In this document: positions 25,544 through 30,384 of the stretch, in pieces | How the letters are laid out: every line of letters starts with the position of its first letter | How positions within the stretch are numbered: the stretch's first letter is position 1 | DNA from: Opitutales bacterium | GTDB lineage: Bacteria > Verrucomicrobiota > Verrucomicrobiia > Opitutales > UBA953 | Reading direction: 5' to 3' | NCBI GenBank assembly: GCA_040398005.1 | Contig: JBBAUX010000006.1 | Coordinates: 53,370 to 83,753, forward strand | DNA length: 30,384 bases | Program-made: the position numbers and the translations under genes | Notes under the pieces: generated by a model | Told to the model about the DNA's origin: nothing | The model's database searches: none | Seen by the model: only the letters and a program-made list of their open reading frames with translations

Positions 25544-27343
25544 TTAACCTTCGTTCTTAAGAATCTTAATAAAAGCCTCTTGAGGAATATCGACCTTACC
25601 AATTTGTTTCATCCGTTTCTTACCCTCTTTTTGTTTTTCGAGTAATTTACGCTTACGGGTAATATCACCGCCGTAACACTTAGCGGTCACGTCTTTACCG
25701 ACCGATCCAATAGTTTCGCGGGCGATAACCTTGGAACCGATAGCGGCTTGGATAGCTACTTTGAACAATTGGCGAGGGAGGAGTTCTTTAAGTTTTTCGC
25801 AGAGGGCACGACCACGACCTTCGGCCTTGCTGGCGTGGACGATGGACGAAAAAGCGTCAACCGGCTCTTCGTTCACGCGAATGTCCATTTTCACGAGGTC
25901 GGATGTCACATACTCGCCCAACTCGTAGTCCATGGAACCATAACCGCGGGTGATGGATTTGAGACGATCGTTAAAGTCGACCAAGATTTCGTTAAGCGGC
26001 AATAAGCAGACCAAGACCACGCGTTCGCCGTCGATGGTTTCGGTTTTTTCGCAGATACCACGCTTCTCTTGGACGAGCGCGAGCATGTCGCCAATCGAGG
26101 TACCAGGAATATGGATGTGAGCGCGGATGGTTGGCTCTTCGATGTGTTCGATGGCCGACGGATCGGGCATAACCACTGGATTATCCATGATGTGTTCAAC
26201 CCCATCGGTCGTGAAAACTTTATAAACAACCGATGGGTACGTGGAGAGAATGTCTAAATCGTATTCGCGACGCAGGCGCTCTTGCACGATTTCCATGTGG
26301 AGTAGTCCGAGGAATCCGCAGCGGAAACCAAAACCCAAAGCTGTTGAACTCTCAGCCGTGTAAGTGAGCGAAGCATCGTTAATCGCTAATTTTGATAATG
26401 AAGTTTTTAGTTTTTCGTAATCGGCTGTGTCTAAAGGATAAATACCGCTGAAGACCATGGGACGTACTTCTTTGAATCCCGGAACAGGTTCTTTAGCGGG
26501 ATCGTTAGCGAGCGTGATGGTGTCCCCTACTTTCGCATCAGCGACTTCACGAATATTAATCACAATATAGCCTACGGAACCGGGACCCAGTTCATCTTGC
26601 GGCTTCATTTTAGGGGAGAACACGCCAACTTCTTTAATCACCGAGCGAACACCATTGGACATCAGCTCAATCGTTTGGCCGGCTTTGAAAGTTCCAGAGA
26701 ATACGCGAACGTAACTGATAACACCTTTGTAAGAATCGAATAGTGAATCGAAAACTAAAGCGCGGTGTTGGGGATATTCTGACCAGCGTGGGGGTGGAAC
26801 GCGTTTAATAATCGCAGCAAAAATCTCGTCGATACCGATGCCCGATTTTCCTGAAGCGAGAACGGCATCCTGTGCGGGGATGGTTAAAATATCTTCGACC
26901 TGACGACGTGCTTCCTCGGGGCGAGCACTAGGCAGATCGACTTTATTAATAATCGGAACGATTTCCAGACCTTGGCTCATGGCGAGAGTCGCATTGGCGA
27001 CCGTTTGCGCTTCGACGCCTTGTGAGGCATCAATCAAAAGCAAAGCACCTTCACACGCAGCCAGAGAACGAGAGACTTCATAAGCGAAGTCAACGTGTCC
27101 GGGAGTATCGATTAAATTTAAAATATATTTTTTACCATCGGGTGCGGTAAAATTCATCGTCACCGGGTGGCACTTAATGGTGATACCCTTTTCGCGTTCT
27201 AAATCCATCCCGTCGAGCAACTGCTCTTTCATTTGGCGCTTCTCAATCGTCTTCGTATGTTCGAGCAAGCGGTCGGACAGCGTCGTCTTACCGTGGTCGA
27301 CGTGAGCGATAATGCAGAAATTTCTTATATGATCTAAAGACAC
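25544..27343 (-). CDS. lepA: Elongation factor 4 (GTG start)
   Basis: IRNFCIIAHVDHGKTTL, DTPGHVDF, GFRCGFLGLLH, KCYGGDITRKRKLLEKQKEGKKRMK. Confidence 0.99.
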   Translation of the reverse strand: MSLDHIRNFCIIAHVDHGKTTLSDRLLEHTKTIEKRQMKEQLLDGMDLEREKGITIKCHPVTMNFTAPDGKKYILNLIDTPGHVDFAYEVSRSLAACEGALLLIDASQGVEAQTVANATLAMSQGLEIVPIINKVDLPSARPEEARRQVEDILTIPAQDAVLASGKSGIGIDEIFAAIIKRVPPPRWSEYPQHRALVFDSLFDSYKGVISYVRVFSGTFKAGQTIELMSNGVRSVIKEVGVFSPKMKPQDELGPGSVGYIVINIREVADAKVGDTITLANDPAKEPVPGFKEVRPMVFSGIYPLDTADYEKLKTSLSKLAINDASLTYTAESSTALGFGFRCGFLGLLHMEIVQERLRREYDLDILSTYPSVVYKVFTTDGVEHIMDNPVVMPDPSAIEHIEEPTIRAHIHIPGTSIGDMLALVQEKRGICEKTETIDGERVVLVCLLPLNEILVDFNDRLKSITRGYGSMDYELGEYVTSDLVKMDIRVNEEPVDAFSSIVHASKAEGRGRALCEKLKELLPRQLFKVAIQAAIGSKVIARETIGSVGKDVTAKCYGGDITRKRKLLEKQKEGKKRMKQIGKVDIPQEAFIKILKNEG

Positions 27344-27416
27344 AGGTGAGAGCGGAAAGGTTTAATAGGATGCGAGTGCGGGGCCTTGTCCAGCATTAGC
27401 CCCAAAGAACAGCAAA

Positions 27417-28325
27417 TTAGGCAGGAATCTCAGCAAACTCGTGAATCGATGTAATCGGAGCGGTGGGAGCGGTGCGCTTCATCATACCTGCGAGAACGCC
27501 ACCAGGGCCACACTCGTAAAATTGGGTGATACCCGACTCAGCAGCGGCCCTACAATCATCTTCCCATAAGACCGAGGACACCACCTGTTTAACCAAGGCA
27601 GCACGTAAGTCATCGGGGTTTTTCAATACTCCACCCGTGGTGTTTGAATAAACTGTAACGCCAGGAGTTTTGAATTCAATCGTCGCTAAGAACTTTTCGA
27701 ATTCTTTGCGAGCGGGTTCCATGAGGCGACTGTGATACGCACCAGCAACGACGAGAGGTTTAACTAATTTGAAAGGTCCAAATTCTTTGGCACGAGCTAC
27801 CGCTACAGTTACTTTTTCGATATCACCCGATACAACTACTTGGCCAGGGCAATTAAAGTTCGCGGCATCGATATCAAATGCAGCACAAAGTTTGGCGATG
27901 TCTTCACGAGATCCACCGATGACGGCGGCCATGCCGCCTTTCGTTTGATCGCAAGCGAGTTGCATGAGACGTCCACGCTCGGCGACAATTTTCAGACCTG
28001 TTTCAAAATCCCAAATACCAGCGACGGCGTAGGCGGTGAGTTCGCCTAAAGAAAGTCCGAGACAAGCCGTGAGATTATTGAGTTTACCACGTTCACGTAA
28101 AATTTGGGCAATCGCATAACCCTGAACGTAGAGTGCTGGCTGGCAGACGCGTGTTTCGGTGAGGACTTCGGCGGGGCCTTCGAAGCAGACCTTTTGGAGG
28201 TCGAACGGCAGCACTTTATTGGCACGATTATAGAGGTCGCGGGCGGTGTTTGAGCCTTCGAAAAGGGACTTACCCATTCCGACGACCTGAGCACCTTGGC
28301 CTGAGAATAATAACGCGGTGGACAT
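27417..28325 (-). CDS. fabD: Malonyl-CoA:ACP transacylase
   Basis: MSTALLFSGQGAQ from the ATG at 28325, GLSLGE (catalytic Ser), NFNCPGQVV, VAGAYHS, ECGPGGVL. Confidence 0.96.
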   Translation of the reverse strand: MSTALLFSGQGAQVVGMGKSLFEGSNTARDLYNRANKVLPFDLQKVCFEGPAEVLTETRVCQPALYVQGYAIAQILRERGKLNNLTACLGLSLGELTAYAVAGIWDFETGLKIVAERGRLMQLACDQTKGGMAAVIGGSREDIAKLCAAFDIDAANFNCPGQVVVSGDIEKVTVAVARAKEFGPFKLVKPLVVAGAYHSRLMEPARKEFEKFLATIEFKTPGVTVYSNTTGGVLKNPDDLRAALVKQVVSSVLWEDDCRAAAESGITQFYECGPGGVLAGMMKRTAPTAPITSIHEFAEIPA

Positions 28326-28429
28326 ATTAAAATAAGGAGGGGAAATGCCTGCAAGGGTCAAGGGTAAGAGCAAAACCGCCTTTCCTTGACCCCCGAGTGC
28401 CAAAACCCTACCTCATAGTGCTTACTTTT

Positions 28430-29971
28430 ATGCCTTTAGCCCTTCTTTCTGTAAGCGATAAAACTGGCCTACTTCCCTTCGCCCAGGCGCTCGTTGCGAA
28501 GCATGGTTATCAACTTCTCTCGACCGGCGGAACAGCGAAAATTTTACGTGAAGCGGGTCTACCCGTAAAAGACGTCAGCGAACACACCGGCTCTCCAGAA
28601 ATCATGGAAGGTCGCGTGAAAACTTTGCATCCGAAAGTTCACGGTGGATTACTTTGTCGTCGCGACTCCCAAGAGCATCTCGATGAGGCCAAGAAACACG
28701 GTATCGATTTAATCGATTTAATCGTAGTAAATTTATATCCCTTTGAAAGCACGGTCGCGAAAGCGAATTGTACATTTGAAGATGCAATTGAAAACATCGA
28801 TATCGGCGGACCTTCCATGCTGCGCAGTGCGGCTAAAAATCATTCCGCCGTTACCGTAGTGACTGATCCGAGTGATTACGAAAAAGTTTTAGCGGCTTTC
28901 GAAAATCCTTCGACGCTCGGTGATCTCCGTCGTCAACTCGCTCTCAAGGTATTTCAACGCACCTCGGCGTATGATGCGGCGATTGCTAATTATTTAGAAT
29001 CTCAAGCTCAACCAGGTCTCGGTAACATCTTAGGTTTACCCGCCATTTACAGCACTACCCTGCCGATTGCCCAGCGTCTGCGTTATGGTGAAAATCCCCA
29101 TCAACAAGCGGCACTCTACGGATCCTTCCACGAAGTCTTTGAACAACTGCAAGGCAAGGAACTCAGCTATAACAATATTTTAGATATCACAGCGGCTACT
29201 TATCTCATTGGTGAGTTTGAACGTCCGACCTTAGCGATCCTTAAACATACTAATCCGTGCGGTGTGGCCTCAGCTGAAACCTTAGTCGAAGCTTGGCATA
29301 AAGCGTTTGAGACCGACCGTCAGGCTCCATTTGGCGGAATCATTGTCGCTAATCGCACCGTCGATAAAGAATTAGCGGAAGCGATTTCGGAAAGTTTCTC
29401 GGAAGTCATTATCGCACCTGAATTTAATGAAGATGCTTTGGCTATTTTTGGTAAGAAGAAGAATCTTCGACTGATGAAAGCTAAAGTCGGACTGCGTGCG
29501 GACAGCTTACGCGAGGTGCGTGCGGTGATTGGCGGAGTACTCGTTCAAGACCGCGATCAAAAGCCAATCAACTCAAGAGACTTTAAAGTGGTTAGCAAAC
29601 GTCAGCCCACTGCGGATGAAATGACCGCCATGATGTTTGGATGGCGCGTGGTACGACACATCAAATCCAATGCGATTGTATACACTGGTAAGGAACGCAC
29701 GCTCGGCGTGGGTGCAGGTCAGATGTCACGCATAGACTCATCGCGCATTGCCGTCTGGAAGGCCCAAGAGGCCAAACTCTCATTACAAGGTTCAGCGGTG
29801 TGCTCGGATGCCTTCTTCCCCTTCCCTGACGGTTTAATCGCGGCAGCGGAGGCGGGATCCACTTGTGCGATTCAGCCAGGAGGTTCGGTGAAAGATGCTG
29901 AAGTCATTGCTGCTGCGGATGCGCACGGCATGGCGATGGTCTTCACGGGGATGCGACACTTCCGACACTAA
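28430..29971 (+). CDS. purH: Bifunctional AICAR formyltransferase / IMP cyclohydrolase
   Basis: [10 protein letters not shown] from the ATG at 28430, [47 protein letters not shown]. Confidence 0.99.
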   Translation: MPLALLSVSDKTGLLPFAQALVAKHGYQLLSTGGTAKILREAGLPVKDVSEHTGSPEIMEGRVKTLHPKVHGGLLCRRDSQEHLDEAKKHGIDLIDLIVVNLYPFESTVAKANCTFEDAIENIDIGGPSMLRSAAKNHSAVTVVTDPSDYEKVLAAFENPSTLGDLRRQLALKVFQRTSAYDAAIANYLESQAQPGLGNILGLPAIYSTTLPIAQRLRYGENPHQQAALYGSFHEVFEQLQGKELSYNNILDITAATYLIGEFERPTLAILKHTNPCGVASAETLVEAWHKAFETDRQAPFGGIIVANRTVDKELAEAISESFSEVIIAPEFNEDALAIFGKKKNLRLMKAKVGLRADSLREVRAVIGGVLVQDRDQKPINSRDFKVVSKRQPTADEMTAMMFGWRVVRHIKSNAIVYTGKERTLGVGAGQMSRIDSSRIAVWKAQEAKLSLQGSAVCSDAFFPFPDGLIAAAEAGSTCAIQPGGSVKDAEVIAAADAHGMAMVFTGMRHFRH

Positions 29972-29981
29972 GAAATGTCGA

Positions 29982-30016
29982 AATAAAAAAGCCCACGAAC
30001 CGTGGGCTTTTTTATT
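29982..30016. terminator. Bidirectional intrinsic terminator between purH and leuD
   Basis: AATAAAAAAGCCCACG-AAC-CGTGGGCTTTTTTATT, a perfect 16-bp inverted repeat between convergent genes. Confidence 0.92.
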
Positions 30017-30034
30017 AATACTTGTTTTTAGTAA

Positions 30035-30384
30035 TTAGTTTTTGGCGACGTAAACAAGCGCGCCAGAGGTCTTTTCAACTTTAGATGCACCCTCGAGTAA
30101 ATCGGCAATCGGATCCCATTTACCAGTGATGAGACCTTCACGGGCCGAGGAGGCAATCGATGCTTTCCAAGATTTATCGCCTGCGGTGACCGTTAATTTT
30201 TCGATATCGATAGTGACTTCAATCGTTGGATTTTTTTGGACGAAGTCGGAGAGTTGTGCGAGGTCATCTTTGGAAAGAGTGACGCAAGGTACGCCGAGCG
30301 TGGTGGAGTTACCGAAGAAAATTTCAGCGAAGCTACCACCGACGAAAGCCTTGAAACCAAAGCGCCAGAGTGATTGGGGAGCGT
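30035..30384 (-). CDS. leuD: 3-isopropylmalate dehydratase small subunit, 3' part (5' end outside the window)
   Basis: Hand translation: APQSLWRFGFKAFVGGSFAEIFFGNSTTLGVPCVTL...AREGLITGKWDPIADLLE...VAKN*. Confidence 0.92.
   Translation of the reverse strand, partial: APQSLWRFGFKAFVGGSFAEIFFGNSTTLGVPCVTLSKDDLAQLSDFVQKNPTIEVTIDIEKLTVTAGDKSWKASIASSAREGLITGKWDPIADLLEGASKVEKTSGALVYVAKN

Noticed and set aside
15854..29971. Short antisense or alternative-frame ORFs inside the housekeeping genes
   Set aside because: They are fully nested in well-supported genes and show no motifs; these are expected shadow ORFs.

Overview
Bacterial chromosomal window, most likely Verrucomicrobiota (Opitutales-like). 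This is inferred from the protein styles, the N-terminally extended LepB, the GYF_2 and DUF3500 proteins, and the pyrimidine-rich, SD-less start regions. The right half (15.85-30.4 kb) is housekeeping: alaS, NAD kinase, ABC-F ATPase, DUF3500, menD, lepB, lepA, fabD, purH and a partial leuD. The left half (1-15.8 kb) looks accessory. Three secreted carbohydrate-active enzymes (GH2, SGNH esterase, sialate O-acetylesterase) are interleaved with a NERD nuclease-SF1 helicase, a 248-aa protein with a degenerate RelE-like C-terminus, an unannotated 39-aa hydrophobic peptide, a GYF_2 membrane protein and an AT-rich AddB/AddA-like pair. The block is bracketed by two distant paralogs of one small unknown (DUF4268-like) family. 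It also carries GTAG-type REP-like hairpins and 8-mer tandem repeats placed just after stop codons. All family assignments come from motif recognition by eye; no database searches were run.
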